The notes beneath the pieces were generated by a model. It was not told where the DNA came from, made no database searches, and saw only the letters and a program-made list of their open reading frames with translations. The translations under genes were made by a program, and so were the position numbers. Positions 25,681 to 39,300 of a DNA stretch of 64,000 nt are shown here, piece after piece. The stretch is from assembly GCF_006345805.1 (NCBI RefSeq), contig NC_043004.1, forward strand, positions 101,370,001 through 101,434,000, in the 5' to 3' direction. This stretch comes from Octopus sinensis (lineage: Eukaryota). Position 1 is the stretch's first letter. Every line of letters begins with the position of its first letter.

Positions 25681-26072
25681 TATATTTGTGCACTTTCCCT
25701 ATATATATACATAGGCATGGCTGGATGGGTTCAGGTTCAGTCCCACTGTGTGACATCTTGAGCAACTGTCTTCTACAGCTCCAAGCAGACTGAAGCCTTG
25801 AGTGGATTTGTGGAGCAGAAACTGAAAGAAGCCCATGGTGCATATATGCGTGTGTGAGGGAGGGAGAGCTCATTGTGTCCTTGTTTGGTCATCATGTAAT
25901 ATTTACAAATGAGTGTCACCTGTTTCCAGCCTTCTGTGGAAAAGTTTAGCTATGGGAAGAATTTGCTTTGCTTGAAAATAGATGAGGCTTAACAACAGGA
26001 AGATTTTACAACCATAGAAATTCTGTTTCAGAGAGCACTAAACCAATATATATATATATATATTTATATATA

Positions 26073-26372
26073 ACTAGCAGTATCGCCCGGCGTTGCTCGG
26101 GTTTGTAAGGGAAATAACTATATAAGCATTTTTAGAGAGTTACTTCCCTTATATAATAGCAAAAAAATGCATTAAAAATGGGAAAAAAATGATGGTAAAT
26201 TTTTTTTTAAATCGTAGACTCATCGTAGACGCACGCTAATACCCAGAGGGGCTCGATATGAATCACGACTATAAGATACCCGGTTTTGGTTAAACTGCAC
26301 CGCAAAATGTGGGAGTAGTTAGGAATCTAAATCATAGGAGACAGACACTCACACAACTTCACTTTTATATAT
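26073..26372 (+). mobile_element. Helitron/Helentron-type non-autonomous element
   Basis: ACTAG start with subterminal CCCGGCGTTGCTCGGG hairpin; 3' end ACAGACACTCAC...ACTTTTATATA; inserted in (TA)n. Confidence 0.6.
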
Positions 26373-27695
26373 TTATATGTGTGTGTTTGTGCACATGTGT
26401 ATGTGTGTGTACAGGTATGACTGTATGGTTAAGATGCTTACTTCCCAGTTATGTACTTTTGAGTTCATCCTGGGCAAGTGTCATCTACTATACCACCAGG
26501 CTAACTATATCCTAGGGAGTAGATTTGATTAACAGGAGCTGAAAGAGTTCATTATACATGTGTGTGTACCTTTGTTTTGATGTCAAGTTTGTAAATGATC
26601 CTCACTGTCATACAAGCAGTGTTGTTCATTTCCAGTCTTCTGTGAAAAAAATATGTCAGACCATGGGAGAATATTACTTTATATGAAAACAGGTGAAGGT
26701 TGGCAACAGGAAAGGCACTACAATATTAATGAAACGTTAATGCTGAGAAACAAATCACTAACCATTATTTTTTTTTTAGATATTCTAAGCCATCTTTGGC
26801 TTAACAAATGGGATTATAGAAAATAGTGTTGACTAAAAGACTAGTAATAAAATATCAAATTTGCTGTAGTTTCAAGAAGTTGGGTAGGAAGACAGTACAT
26901 CAAATGATTGTAGGTGAGTTCATCAGAACAGAGATTGTTAGTGTAACAGCAGAAATCAGAAAAGTAAAACATGACACAAGAAAACAAATAGGCAAATGGA
27001 TAAAGTGTTGGGCAGCTTTTTCTCAGACGTAATTTAAATTCGATGGGAAGTCGCTGTTATTACAGTCCCTCTGTTGCAATTGGTTCCCAGGTGTACAGCG
27101 TATCTACATTTTGTAAGGGACCAACAACTGTTCATGCCATATTACATACACTATTTTAAGACTATAACAACCACCACACCACTCTACATTATCACATTCT
27201 GCCATTATTATATCTTTACAATTAATACTCTCATGCACAGACACACATAAACAGATTTGAGATAGAATCACTTAAGTTAATTCATGTCTCGTACTTTCCT
27301 TTTTTCCACTGATTAGGTCTGATGACTCATTTCCAATTATCATCATCATCATCATCATTATTATCACCATTTAGCATCCAATGTCTCATTTCAAATTTCT
27401 TCAAAGTCCCAGGTTCAACAAAATTTTGTACTTTGTGTTTTTGTGTGTGTGAGGAGGAGGAAGTCATGTCACTGGTAAGCTCACTAGTACTGATGGCAAT
27501 GAAAAAATAAAGTACCCACTACAATCTGTAAAGTGTTTGGCATTAGAAAGGCCATCCAACCATAGGAAGCTGTGGTAAAACAGACATTGAAGCTCAACAC
27601 AGTCTTCCGACCTGTTGGATCCCGTCTCATTGTCCAATCCATGCCAGCTCGGAATATGAACACTACAGGAAATAGTGTTAATGACAATGTGTATA

Positions 27696-27927
27696 TATTT
27701 CTTTACTGCCCACAAGGGGCTAAACATAGAAGGGACAAACAAGGACAGACAAAGGGATTAAGTCGATTACGTCGAACCCAGTGCGAAACTGGTACTTTTA
27801 TTTATTGACCGCAAAAGGATGAAAGGCAAAGTCGACCTCGACGGAATTTGAACTCAGAACGTATCGACAGACGAAATATTGCTAAGCATTCCGCCCAGCG
27901 TGCTAACGTGTCTGCCAGCTTGCCGCC
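27696..27927 (-). mobile_element. SINE family C
   Basis: Reverse complement of the 48141-48375 element. Confidence 0.8.
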
Positions 27928-28392
27928 TTATATATATAAATACAAGCTCACATTCCGCTTCTCTGCATTGAGAGTTTACAGCTCTGTTATTATGGACATG
28001 TTATTAGAATGTCATAGGAAAGAATTGCAAGATGGATTCTTCAAGCTGAGCCAACCAACAGGAGAATGAAATGGTTGGATACCATTCATAATTTCAGTTG
28101 GTCATGTATAGGAACCCAGCCAGAAATGACCCTTGCTTCTGATAGCATCTTATAAAGGAGCTGCCAGTGAACTCTACCCCAATTTTCCTACAAGAATAGT
28201 GGACTGAGAATTTGGAGGGCTATATATATATATATATATATATATATAATGTGCACAAACACACCTGAAGCAGGTATAATAATCTAGGTAAATTTATAAT
28301 TATATATATGAAGGATTGGATTATAGGTGATTCAAAAACATTTGATCATTTAATTAATTAAAGAGAAAAATAACTAGGAAGCCTTTTACAGA

Positions 28393-28745
28393 CATCATCA
28401 TCATCATCACTTAATGACCGTTTTCCATGCTAGCATGGGTTGGACGGTTTGACCGGGGTCTGGGAAAACTCTGATCTGGCAGTGTTTCTACAGCCGGATG
28501 CTCTTCCTAACGCCAACCACTCCTTGAGTGTAGTGGGTGGTTTTTTCATGCCACCATCATGGGGGCCAAAGGAGGCTGGCGATGGCCACGATCGGTTGGT
28601 GCTTTTTACGTGCCACCGGCACGGATGCCAGTCAAAGCAGCGCTGGCATTGGCCATGTTCGGATGGTATTTTTTACGTGCCACTGGCACAGGTATCACAA
28701 CAATAATCTCCATTTGATTTTTATTTTGATGTTGATATACTTGAC
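28393..28745 (-). mobile_element. SINE family B with about three internal units
   Basis: (CAT)n tail, GGATGCTCTTCCTAACGCCAACCACTCC, TTTTACGTGCCAC units. Confidence 0.75.
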
Positions 28746-29319
28746 TGACTAGGTCACCTCAAGCACAGTAGGTTGCCCTGCATTTTCAAAAATTTTGTTT
28801 CCTCATCAGAGATGTACCATTACACTTCGGCTACATAAACAACTAGCAAGTTAACTTGTTAAATCAATATATACATATATAACAATAATGATGATAAAAC
28901 ATAAAGAGGTTTCCTTATTTCCATATATTTTAGTTGGTTTTACAGTTCATTGAACATGGGGCATGGGCTATCTTTTTTGAGAAGCAGGCCTCTTAAAACC
29001 TGGTTTATCATAAGGTAGGCCACATTATTAAAGAAAATTCTAAGGTAATATTTTGTCTGGTACACCACTCAGAAAGTCCCATGGGTCACATGTTGCCCAC
29101 GACTGACAAGGAATATAGTATAAATCAGAATACCAGAGGCATGTATAATGTGAATATAAATCTACACTTATTTATACGAAGGCATTTTGCTGAGAACATT
29201 ACAGACAATGTGAAAACATTCAAATATGCTGTTTAGTATATGGGGAAAATAATTAGGATTTTAAGTATATATATTTATGTAAATGTAGGTATATGTATGC
29301 CTATGTATATTGATAATAT

Positions 29320-29390
<71 letters not shown>

Positions 29391-29636
29391 CTTTATAAGA
29401 AAATATGCATATGCATATGTGTATATGTAGAAATATGCATTTATATATGAATGGGCATATATATATGTGTGTACAGTTATATATATACATTTCATATATA
29501 TAATATATATATATATATATACTGGCCTGCTCGCTTAGCCAGCGGGTTGGCATCATTCAAAGGCTAAAACAATGCGAATGCATTGTGACCAGCGATGTGT
29601 AACAACATCTGATGGTCTGGTCGGTCACGTGGTCAT

Positions 29637-29678
<42 letters not shown>

Positions 29679-29726
29679 AATGTATATGTATGTATCTGTA
29701 CGTTAATATATATGTATCATTATCAT

Positions 29727-30320
29727 GCGGTGAGCTGGCAGAATTGTTAGCACGCAGTTACATTCTGAGTTCAAATTCCACCGAGGTCAACTTTGCCTTT
29801 CATCCTTTCCGGTTCGATTAAATAAGTACCAGTTACGCACTGGGGTCAATATAATCGACTTAATCTGTTTGTCTATCCTTGTTTGTCCTCTCTGTGTTTA
29901 GCCCCTTGTGGGTAGTAAAGAAATAGATGTACATATTTATGTATATGTTCATATATATATATATGTGTATAGGTGTGCATGCATGTGTGTGCAGGCATGG
30001 CTGTGTGGTAAGAAGTTTGCTTCTCAACCACGTGGTTCCAGGTTCAATCCCATTGCATGGCTGATTAGGCAAGTGTTTTCTACAATAGCCCCAGACCAAC
30101 CAGAGCCTTGTTAGCAGGTAGAACTGAAAAAAGCCTGTCATGTGTTTATATTTGTTCCCACTCTCACTGCTTGACAACCAGTCTTCTTGACTACACCTTT
30201 GTAGCTTAGTGGTTCAGCAAAAGCAATCGATAGAATAAGTACACAACTTAGAATAAGTACTTGGGTCAATTATTTCGACTAAACCCATCAAAACTGTTCC
30301 TTAGTGGGGTCACAGTCCAA
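29727..30320 (+). mobile_element. family-C SINE (29727-29922) followed by a diverged family-A SINE (29990-30320)
   Basis: Diagnostic heads and tails as in the other copies. Confidence 0.7.
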
Positions 30321-30489
30321 TGAAAAGATAAACAATATATGTACGTATGTGGATTTATATGTCTGTATATGTATTTGTGTATATACATGCGCTCACACAG
30401 TATGCAAGAAGTATTTGAGAACATATTTAGTTATTTAATAAAGCAACACCAATCTGGTAAAAACCAAATGGATTTCAATAAAGAACTGT

Positions 30490-30790
30490 ACACATGCTCT
30501 CAATAAGTTTTCTCATAAGACTATTTAATGAATTAGCCTTCAGTTTCTATGACTGCTTCGATGTAGGACTGGAATCATTGATACACCTGCACAAGATGGT
30601 TCTTATTCATTTCAGACAATTGGTGGCCTTCAATGAAGCTATGGTATTATGAGGATGTCCATTAGTCTCCCTTTCAACAACACTAAAATTAGTCCATGGG
30701 ATTTGAATCTGGAAAGTTTGGCAGCCACAAGTTAGATTTTACATGATTATAAAGATTGTCTGACATCCTTTCTTGGGTTGTGTAGTTGGA
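30490..30790 (-). pseudogene. Tc1/mariner transposase C-terminal remnant
   Basis: Minus strand reads DNLYNHVKSNLWLPNFPDSNPMD*F*..VERETNGHPHNTIASLKA and FQSYIEAVIETEG*FIK, matching the WPPNSPDLNPLD ... SRIEAVIEAEG region; multiple stops. Confidence 0.75.
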
Positions 30791-30950
30791 TGTGATTGAG
30801 GCTCAACATCACCTTTGAGGATGCAGAGGAGCTGGAACAGCACAACCAGTGATAGAGAGCACTGGTGGACCTGGTTAACTCTACACATTGATGATTTTTC
30901 TGGGACCACTAGTCTGGAATAACCCCAGTAAGAATATGAAGCCAGTCAGC

Positions 30951-31450
<500 letters not shown>

Positions 31451-31834
31451 GTATGTCTATATATTTGTGTACATATATATCATCATCATCATATGTATGA
31501 ATATATACTGACTGAAGAGCTTAAGAGCACAGTATTTAAGAGCTTAATTATTAACCCATTGTTAAAATGACATAGATTATTACAGTGCATTAAATATTAA
31601 TGGATTAAACTTACATGTATATGTAGATCTGGCTAAAACAATAGTTGAGAGCAACATATTTAAAAAAGTTCAAAGCAGAAATGTGTAAATTTCAACATTC
31701 ATAATTTATTTGTTCTCAACAGCTGTTGCGATAGAGTGAAACATCTTTTATTTATTTACGTAATTAATATTAATAATTAATCGATGTAAATGTGATGTGT
31801 TACCTATTTCTTTATAAGAAAACATGCAAAACTA

Positions 31835-31865
31835 GTTGCGTGTTCGAATCATGTCGGAGTCACCA
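31835..31865 (+). other. tRNA-Trp 3' fragment with CCA (primer-binding site on the minus strand)
   Basis: GTTGCGTGTTCGAATCATGTCGGAGTCACCA differs at 2 of 31 positions from the animal tRNA-Trp 3' end as I recall it; the minus strand gives the classic Trp PBS TGGTGAC(C/T)CCGAC. Confidence 0.7.
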
Positions 31866-31935
31866 TTTTATGATGGAAGGCAAGGTTTATGATATCGGGA
31901 GAATATCGCCTTCTCCCATTATATCTTGTTCTTCG

Positions 31936-32353
31936 TGTAGTTCAGGCTTCGGCAGGTGAAGAAAGAAGTCTTTAAGTAGAAATGCAATTTGCAACCGGTT
32001 TATTTACAAGTTTCACAGAACAGGTGAAGTGTGTTGCTCTCAGCAACCATCTCAAGCTGTGTGTACGTGAAGTTGTATCTCCATTAGTGTGGGTACATTA
32101 CCTCTGGAGGTACAACATGCAGACAGGCCCAGCCAGTGAAGTGTGCTCAGCAAGCACTGCTGCATAGAAGCGGAGAGAGAGAGAGAGAGAATCTGTTTCT
32201 GTTTTGCCCTTATATACAGTTTGCCATCGCCAGCCTTGTTGTGATCTCGCGCATGGCAAATGGATGCAGGTGAGGTCTCGCTCCAGTCTCGGAGACGGCA
32301 ATGGCTGCCATGAGATCTCATCCAATATGGCGCCGACTGCTTGTGCCGCTACA
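31936..32353 (-). mobile_element. LTR (Gypsy-like), 418 bp
   Basis: TGTAG...CTACA termini; on the minus strand TATATAA (32210-32216), a (CT)n tract, then AATAAA (31999-32004); Trp PBS 70 nt downstream; CpG-rich. No TSD seen. Confidence 0.6.
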
Positions 32354-32887
32354 CTGGCATACCATTGCTGATTTAAATATGATTTAAATGAGATAGAAAG
32401 AAGGAAAATGAGAGGCTAAGAAACTAATGTTTAAACAGAAAGAAAGAAACGGGGAGAAAATGTAAAAAATGCAGAGGTAAAAAGATGACTGAGACAGTCA
32501 GACAGAATCAGAGAGGGTGGTAAAGAGAGAAAGAGACAGACAGACAGAGATAAAAAGCTGAGAGAAGTTATTATTCTGCATTAACTTCTCTCCAACAGTG
32601 TCTTCATTTTTTTCTTGTACAGGACCTTACAAATGGGAACACTTCACACCTCTGATCTTCACACCACAAAACATGTGCAAACCTCTTATATTTGATTTTT
32701 TTTCCCTTTGCTAAGTATATATAACTTCTCTTCTAGCTACTTGATACTTTTCTTTACTGCTCCTTTTTTTCCAGTCTTTCTTAACTTATTTCTATAGCTC
32801 TGTCTATGGTACTATTCTACCAATATATCACCCGTCTGGCTGGAATCTTGCACCAGATACTGGTCAGGCATGTAGCCCTCAGTAGGT

Positions 32888-32920
<33 letters not shown>

Positions 32921-33325
32921 TGTGTACAGTGCTCAGGTGCACTACAACTCATCTAAAGTTATCATGGAGAAACTACCAGTTATCCGTCTAGCTCTTGCTG
33001 GCAAAGGTTTAGCATTTGCCGTCATTTGTCTTTTTTTGTTTGTTGATGGGTATGAAGTCTATCTGACTTGTGTGTTTATCTGATTGGCCGATCAGTTTCT
33101 CGAAGTTGCAAATGGTTTAAGTCATGGAAGGAGACAGTCAGTTACATCAATGCTCAACATGGTACTCTATCAATACTGAAAGGAGGAAAAACAAAGTCAA
33201 CCTTGGCAGCATTTGGACTCAGACTCAGACTGCGAAGAGCCAGAAGAAATTCTGTAATGCATTTTGCCCAGTGTGATATCAGTTTACCACCTTCATGATG
33301 ATGATGATGATGATGATTTTATTTA

Positions 33326-33697
33326 CCCCCAGTGGTTAGGGCAGTGGACTCGCGGTCGTAGGATCGCGGTTTCGATTCCCAGACCGGGCGTTGTGAGTGT
33401 TTATTGAGCGAAAACACCTAAAAAAACTCCACGAGGCTCCGGCAGGGGATGGTGGTGATCCCCGCTGTACTCTTTCACCACAACTTTCTCTCACTCTTAC
33501 TTCCTGTTTCTGTTGTACCTGTATTTCAAAGGGCCGGCCTTGTCACTCTCTGTGTTACGCTGAATATCCCCGAGAACTGCTTTAAGGGTACACGTGTCTG
33601 TGGAGTGCTCAGCCACTTACACGTTAATTTCACGAGCAGGCTGTTCCGTTGATCGGATCAACTGGAACCCTCATCGTCGTAACCGACGGAGTGCTTC
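33326..33697 (+). mobile_element. SINE family D, tail type 2
   Basis: Same head as 22000 but tail GTACCTGTATTTCAAAGGGCC...GATCAACTGGAACCCTC...GACGGAGTGC; tail-only copies near 22.7 kb and 54.9 kb. Confidence 0.8.
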
Positions 33698-33836
33698 CAT
33701 ATCCAAAATTTACCCCCAAGGCAATGGAAGAGAGGGATGATACAAAAACAGATATAAAGTGTACAGCTTTACATGGAACAAAATGATTTTGAAACACAGA
33801 AAGTATACATGATGTCCATGAATACATGTATACATA

Positions 33837-34256
33837 GGCGCAGGAGTGGCTGTGTGGTAAGTAGCTTGCTAACCAACCACATGGTTCCAGGTTCAGTCCC
33901 ACTGCGTGGCATCATGGGCAAGTGTCTTCTGCTATAGCCCTGGGCCGACCAATGCCTTGTGAGTGGATTTGGTAGACGGAAACTGAAAGAAGCCTGTCGT
34001 ATATATGTATATATATATATGTGTGTGTGTGTGTATGTGTTTGTGTGTCTGTGTTTGTCCCCTTAGCATTGCTTCACAACCAATGCTGGTGTGTTTACGT
34101 CCCCGTCACTTAGCGGTTCGGCAAAAGAGACCGATAGAATAAGTACTGGGTTTACAAAGAATAAGTCCCAGGGTCGACTTGCTCGACTAAAGGTGGTGCT
34201 CCAGCATGGCCGCAGTCAAATGACTGAAGCAAGTAAAAGAGTAAAAGAGTAAAGAG
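33837..34256 (+). mobile_element. SINE family A, full length
   Basis: A and B boxes, (GTAAAAGA)n tail. Confidence 0.85.
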
Positions 34257-35044
34257 TATAGTATATAGCATATGTGCTTACATAAATTGGACAAATTCAA
34301 TGACCAAATGGCAGTTCAATCCCTGTCTATTTTTCAAGTAAAGCATTTTTGTTCCACTGCTCTTCCTTTGTCAAAACTGGTGAAGTTACTGAGCTACAAG
34401 ATACATTAAGAAATAAGAAGAAATGACTAGAAGAGATGAGGTAGGGAGAGAGTGTTAAATTAATTCTTGTTGCAATGCTATGAATTCATCTTGTTATGAA
34501 GTTATTGGTAGAGACACAGAAAATGAAGGTGAGGGCAAACCAAAGCTAATTAATTGGTGGTGGATAGAGATTCCTGGCACAGGATGGTAAGACACATCTT
34601 GGTTGTGGTTGTAGATTGAGGTAAAAGAAGAAGAAGAAGAAACAACAAGGAGAGGAGAGGAGGAAAAGGAAAAATAGAAGGGGTGGGATAAAGGATGACT
34701 GGAAAATGGAAGAAAGAAAAGAGGAGTAAATCAATGAAATAAGGGAAGTAGAGAGTGTAGAGAACAGAAATTAAAGAATGAAGACAAAAATGAAAGAATA
34801 AATGAATGACAGACAAGAATTTAGAAAAGAAAGAAGTGAAGAGAAACACTGAAACAAAGAGGATGAAGAAATAGAGAGAGAATATGAAAGGAGAAAGAGA
34901 AAAGCAAGAACAGTAGTGTCTACTGCAATAAATTAAGCTGTATTGATGAATTGTACCAATCTGTTGAGGGGAGGAGAAAGAGTTGAGTGGTAGGACTAGT
35001 TAAAATTGAAAGCAGTGAGGTAGTTAGTTAGTTAATTGGTTAAT

Positions 35045-35450
35045 TTTTGGCTCAAAAAGCAAAAGCAAGGCCATGTAGGGGGACATGGAGTTATGTACAG
35101 GGTGGTGTTCATGCAAAGAGTTCAGGCCATTTCTGGTCAAGAGAGACTTTGAACCGAGCGGTCGTCGGCATCTTCACTATCTCGTCCAGCAGCTTATTCC
35201 ACGGATCCGCAACCCGGACGGAGAAAGCCCCTCTCCTTTGATTGAGATGAAATCGTCGCAGATAGAGCTTTTCGGAGTGACCCCACAGCCGATGCTCTGG
35301 AGCAGGAGTGAAGAACAGCTCTTTCGAGAGGTTACACTTTCCGCTTATGATGTTGTGAGCAAGAATGAGATCACCACGGCGGCGGCATTTTTCTAGAGAA
35401 TAAAGGTTGAGCGTCTTCAGCCTTTCTTCATAAGACAAATTCTTGTTGAG
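35045..35450 (-). mobile_element. CR1-clade LINE, ORF2 C-terminal fragment
   Basis: SYEERLKTLNLYSLEKCRRRGDLI...GHSEKL...FSVRVADPWNKL: the typical CR1 ORF2 end. Confidence 0.85.
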
Positions 35451-36234
35451 ACTAGTTAATTTATCACAACATTCCTCTTCTGAAACAGAAGTGAGATGTA
35501 GTGATAATTACAGTTTAAGATGAGTGGATGAACATTATTAAAAATATACGAGATTGTGACAGAATAGGACTGAAGCAGAGTATTGAGAAGGTTTGTATAA
35601 TAAGAAAAAACTAAAAGAAATTATTAAAATACAAAGAAAATAAACAAATCGATAGATCAATATGATATGTAGTTAAAGAATTGGAATTAATGATTGGGAT
35701 ATGCAATGGCATAGATGGGGTGTTGTTGCCTAGGGCAGACTTTGAGTTTGTTAACCCCTCTCCATACCTACAAGCTTAAACAGATATATACAGCAGACCC
35801 ACAAATGCCTCCTTCATAAAAGCATCACTTGGAGTGGACTGTACCCAGCCAACATAGCTACACCACTGGGGGTATCTGAAGAAATTATCAACTGCACCAA
35901 AATATAGTCTTTCATCAGTGCTGTACTTTAATCGACACTGGAAAGCAGAAAGGTAAAATTGACTCGTGCAGATCCAAAGTAAATTCAAAACGGTATGTAA
36001 AAATATGACATTAAGGGTTATGAGGTGGAAGGTGGAAATGCAGGAGTCCATCAAAATAGGGCAAGGGTGTATGTATAACAAATGCGCCCTTTTAAAGCCT
36101 AGCCAGGCTCATTGGCCTGGTTTCCCGGTTTCTATGGTGTATATCGTTTTGATCCAGCCAACTATCATACTATTACAATCACTCCTAGATTTTTAAGGTA
36201 AAGGAAATAGCCATTAACAATGACACCTGTATGA

Positions 36235-36650
36235 TTTTCACAGAGTCAGACCCACAGGATACTTCTTTCCCATGTCACTCAACACTAAGTTCTCTTTTTA
36301 GAGAAGTACAGTAAAAGTATTGTTATTGCCCGAGATATTCACAAAACCTTTGATTATGTCAAGTATGTAATTCTCCTATCAAAACTATCTGTATGTGGGC
36401 TCCATCTATTTCTAATTTCTTGTGATGGTATCGGACAGTACCATTGTAAAATGTGTTGATGGAAATCTTTCTGATTCACTCTCAGTCAACTCTGGAGTAC
36501 CCTAAGGTTTGGATTCATCACCCACTCTGTTCTTTCTCTAAATCAATACTTGCTTACTACCACATCCAACAACATTCACTCTTGTGCAAAAGACATGATC
36601 CTTCATTCCTCTTTGACCTTCCCTAAATATGCATCATCTACAGGTAACAA
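36235..36650 (+). mobile_element. CR1/L2-group LINE reverse transcriptase remnant
   Basis: Degenerate IVIARDIHKTFDYV...SVNSGVP*G..SPTLF, matching ALDISKAFDRV and SGVPQGS.LSP.LF. Confidence 0.7.
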
Positions 36651-36695
36651 CATACCAAACCTGCATTGAATCCGTAGGGTTAAATGACCATATAT

Positions 36696-36890
36696 AGGCG
36701 CAGGAAGTAGCTTGTTTACCAACCACATGGTTCCGGGTTCAGTCCCACTGCATGGCGCCTTAGGCAAGTGTCTTCTACTATAGCCTCGGGCCAACCAAAG
36801 CCTTGTGAGTGGATTTGGTAGACGGAAACTGAAAGAAGCCCGTCGTATATATGTATATATATGTATGAGCGTGTATGTTTGTGTGTCTGT
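36696..36890 (+). mobile_element. SINE family A, 5' half
   Basis: GGCGCAGGAAGTAGC (deleted A box), B box and body present; tail absent. Confidence 0.75.
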
Positions 36891-36978
36891 GGACAGAATA
36901 AGAGAAGAGAAGCCAAATACATAATATATAATACAGTGCCAAAAGGAATAAATGAATGAGGACAACAAACCGTTCTAC

Positions 36979-37822
36979 TGTTTGAGAGAGAAGAATACTT
37001 TATTTACAATGTGTTGTGTATGTGCTAGCGTAGTGTTTGTGTCTGTGTGTTCGTGTGTGTAACAGATAGAAATAAGGTGAATGCGAATAACAGAAATACA
37101 GAATACAGAGCATAAGAGAAGTTCTCAGCATTTTGAGTTAAGGTAGAGTTAGTTTACCATTTCATGAGGTACACAATAGTAAGTTCTATAACAAGATGTT
37201 GTGGGTCACATGGCAGAGCCGGTTACAACACGTGTAGAAGTTGTGTGGCTATCATGCCATGCCGAGTCTCTTGATACAGATAGGTAGACTGCAACTGTTT
37301 TCCTTGGTGAAAGATTCACAACAGCGTGTGTTAAACTTGGTCGTTGTAGATTTGTACATGTCGGTAAAGTCGACGGAGATGGAGACGACATAGAGTTGAA
37401 GTACAACGATGGTGATGACGGCGGCAGAGATAGAAAACGTTCTGCTGCGGGTGTACATTAGTGTCGTCATAGCTGAAGCAGGAGCATGGTTGGCTGGCTG
37501 GCTGGTCGTCTGTCGCTGGAACTGGAACATGGCTGAGTAGCTCTGCGATCAGTGACTAGACCTTAAAAAGTCTGGAGCCAAAAGACGAAGAATAGTGAAA
37601 ATACTAGCCTATTTAAGGAGTTAAACTGGCTCAAAGAAGGGCATCTAAAGTAAGCCTTATCCAAAGGCCGTGATTGGTTGGCTTTACGCCCTGGCGCGAA
37701 ATAAGTCGGGAGACAGACCGCGCCAGATGCTAACCAATCAGATCAGTGGACACAACAGGGTCAAGCTAGCCAAAGATGGTCGTAATCTCAAACAAGATCA
37801 TTCTTATTGTGTCTCTCAAAGA
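36979..37822 (-). mobile_element. putative solo LTR-like element
   Basis: CpG-rich island; ends share TTTGAGAGA/TCTCTCAAA; minus strand has CCAAT and E2F-like sites, TTAAATA, and TGTAAATAAA near the far end, the same context as in the 32-kb LTR. Confidence 0.35.
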
Positions 37823-38019
37823 GTGAGGATGTCAATATCGCTACAAATCCATGAGTAGAGTTTTTGATAACATTCTTCAGTAGGACCATAATAACCATGC
37901 CTATTTTAACAGCAGAAAAAAACTATGTATGAAGCATACCAATGCTATACACCCCTAAACATAAGTGACACTCATCTAGAGTCTTTACATTCTTCACTCT
38001 AAATACTGGGCCTCACTAT

Positions 38020-38820
38020 CACTGAACATGTTTACAGGTGAAAACATGTCCTTTACAGCCAGAACTGCAACCCAAATATTTCAGTTCACAATTGCTGGTG
38101 CTCTTCAAATTTCAAATGAGGCCCACAATGGAATACTGTTCTCACATCTGAGATGGTACTACACACAAAGAAAGGCCACTCATCTGATTAAAACACTAAC
38201 AGACCTGCTCCAGTTTTTTGACTCACTGGAGTGCTGCATTTCTCTATCTTATAGATTCCTGCAATAACAGCCTCTGTTCTAAAGACCTGGCTAGTCTAGT
38301 ACATCTTCCTAATCATGTCTCTACCTCCCACCAACCTTCCTGCTTTCCCCAGCTCCACGTTATCCACTAAGTCCTTTCACCACAGAATGCTGGCTTCTTG
38401 AATCTTCCCTCTGTTAATGTCTTTCCTACAGGTGTTGACTTCCAATAGATTAAACAAGGCATTAGTGCCATCAAGCTCACTGCTCTCAATGTTCTTGGCA
38501 GGTTTAGGGACTACAAAGGTCATGTGCACCAATTCTTTCTAAAGAAGCAGCAAGTAAAAAACTACAATGACTTCAGCTTCTTTCAAACTAGTCAGTTTCA
38601 CATCACAGCAAAAACCCACACAATTCCTGCTCTCACCTCTCCACCTGTCACCTGCTGTATGCTTAACTTACAAAATACTATGTTAAAATCAAAACTTTGT
38701 CTAATCATTTGTCCCCAGAACTACAAACCCTTGAAATTCCTGCCCACACTTAGCCTACAAGTATTTGACCAAGAGAATTTCAAGTTAAATATCAGTCAAA
38801 TCAATCTCGACCTAAGAAAG
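38020..38820 (+). mobile_element. CR1/L2-group LINE C-terminal remnants (two tandem 3' ends)
   Basis: QMRPTMEYCSHI ... NVFPTGVDFQ; second end LPTLSLQVFDQENFKLNISQINL; related 3' end at 41595-41680. Confidence 0.65.
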
Positions 38821-38904
38821 CTTGAAAATGCTATGATCGTTACCTCTCTTTTTTACACAATATGATTTATTACATTAAACACACATATAGGACACAAAAG
38901 GTGC

Positions 38905-39300
38905 ATGCATGGCTGTGGTGTTGAGAGTTTCATTTCCCAACCATATGGTTTTGGGGTCAGTTCCACTGCATGCCACCTTGGGCAAGTGTCTTCATGCATA
39001 CATACGTGCATACATGCATGCATGTATTCATGCATACATACATACATACAAACGTACATACATACATACATACATGCATATGTACATGCATACGTACATA
39101 CATAAAAACATACATACATACATGCATACGTACATACACACATGCATACATACATACATGCATACAAACATACAAACATACATACATACATACATACATA
39201 CATGCATACAAACATACAAACATACATACATGCATACATGCATACAAACATACAAACATACATACATGCATACATACATACATATGTATACACACAAGTA
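38905..39300 (+). repeat. SINE-A-like head running into a (CATA)n array of about 300 bp
   Basis: CATGGCTGTGG...GGGTCAGTTCCACTGCATGCCACCTTGGGCAAGTGTCTTC, then (CATA/CAAA)n. Confidence 0.8.

Noticed and set aside
28775-28815. Other CTGANGA hits (minus strand here; also near 440, 26920, 31511, 43658, 62429)
   Set aside because: No correctly spaced GAAA with closing stems I-III.
31615-31632. 18-nt minus-strand microexon with good splice sites (TTTTAG| ... |GTAAGT)
   Set aside because: Cannot be tied to a gene model; such short matches arise by chance in AT-rich DNA.
32104-32220. TATA box plus MQQCLLSTLHWLGLSACC... and AG|GTAATG as the first exon of a secreted protein
   Set aside because: Lies inside a TG...CA LTR with its own polyA signal and PBS.
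34600-34910. Purine-rich stretch with ORFs on the minus strand
   Set aside because: Low-complexity GA-rich sequence with no coding signal.
37252-37530. 92-aa minus-strand ORF MFQFQRQTTS...
   Set aside because: No recognisable domain or splice context; lies within the LTR-like island.
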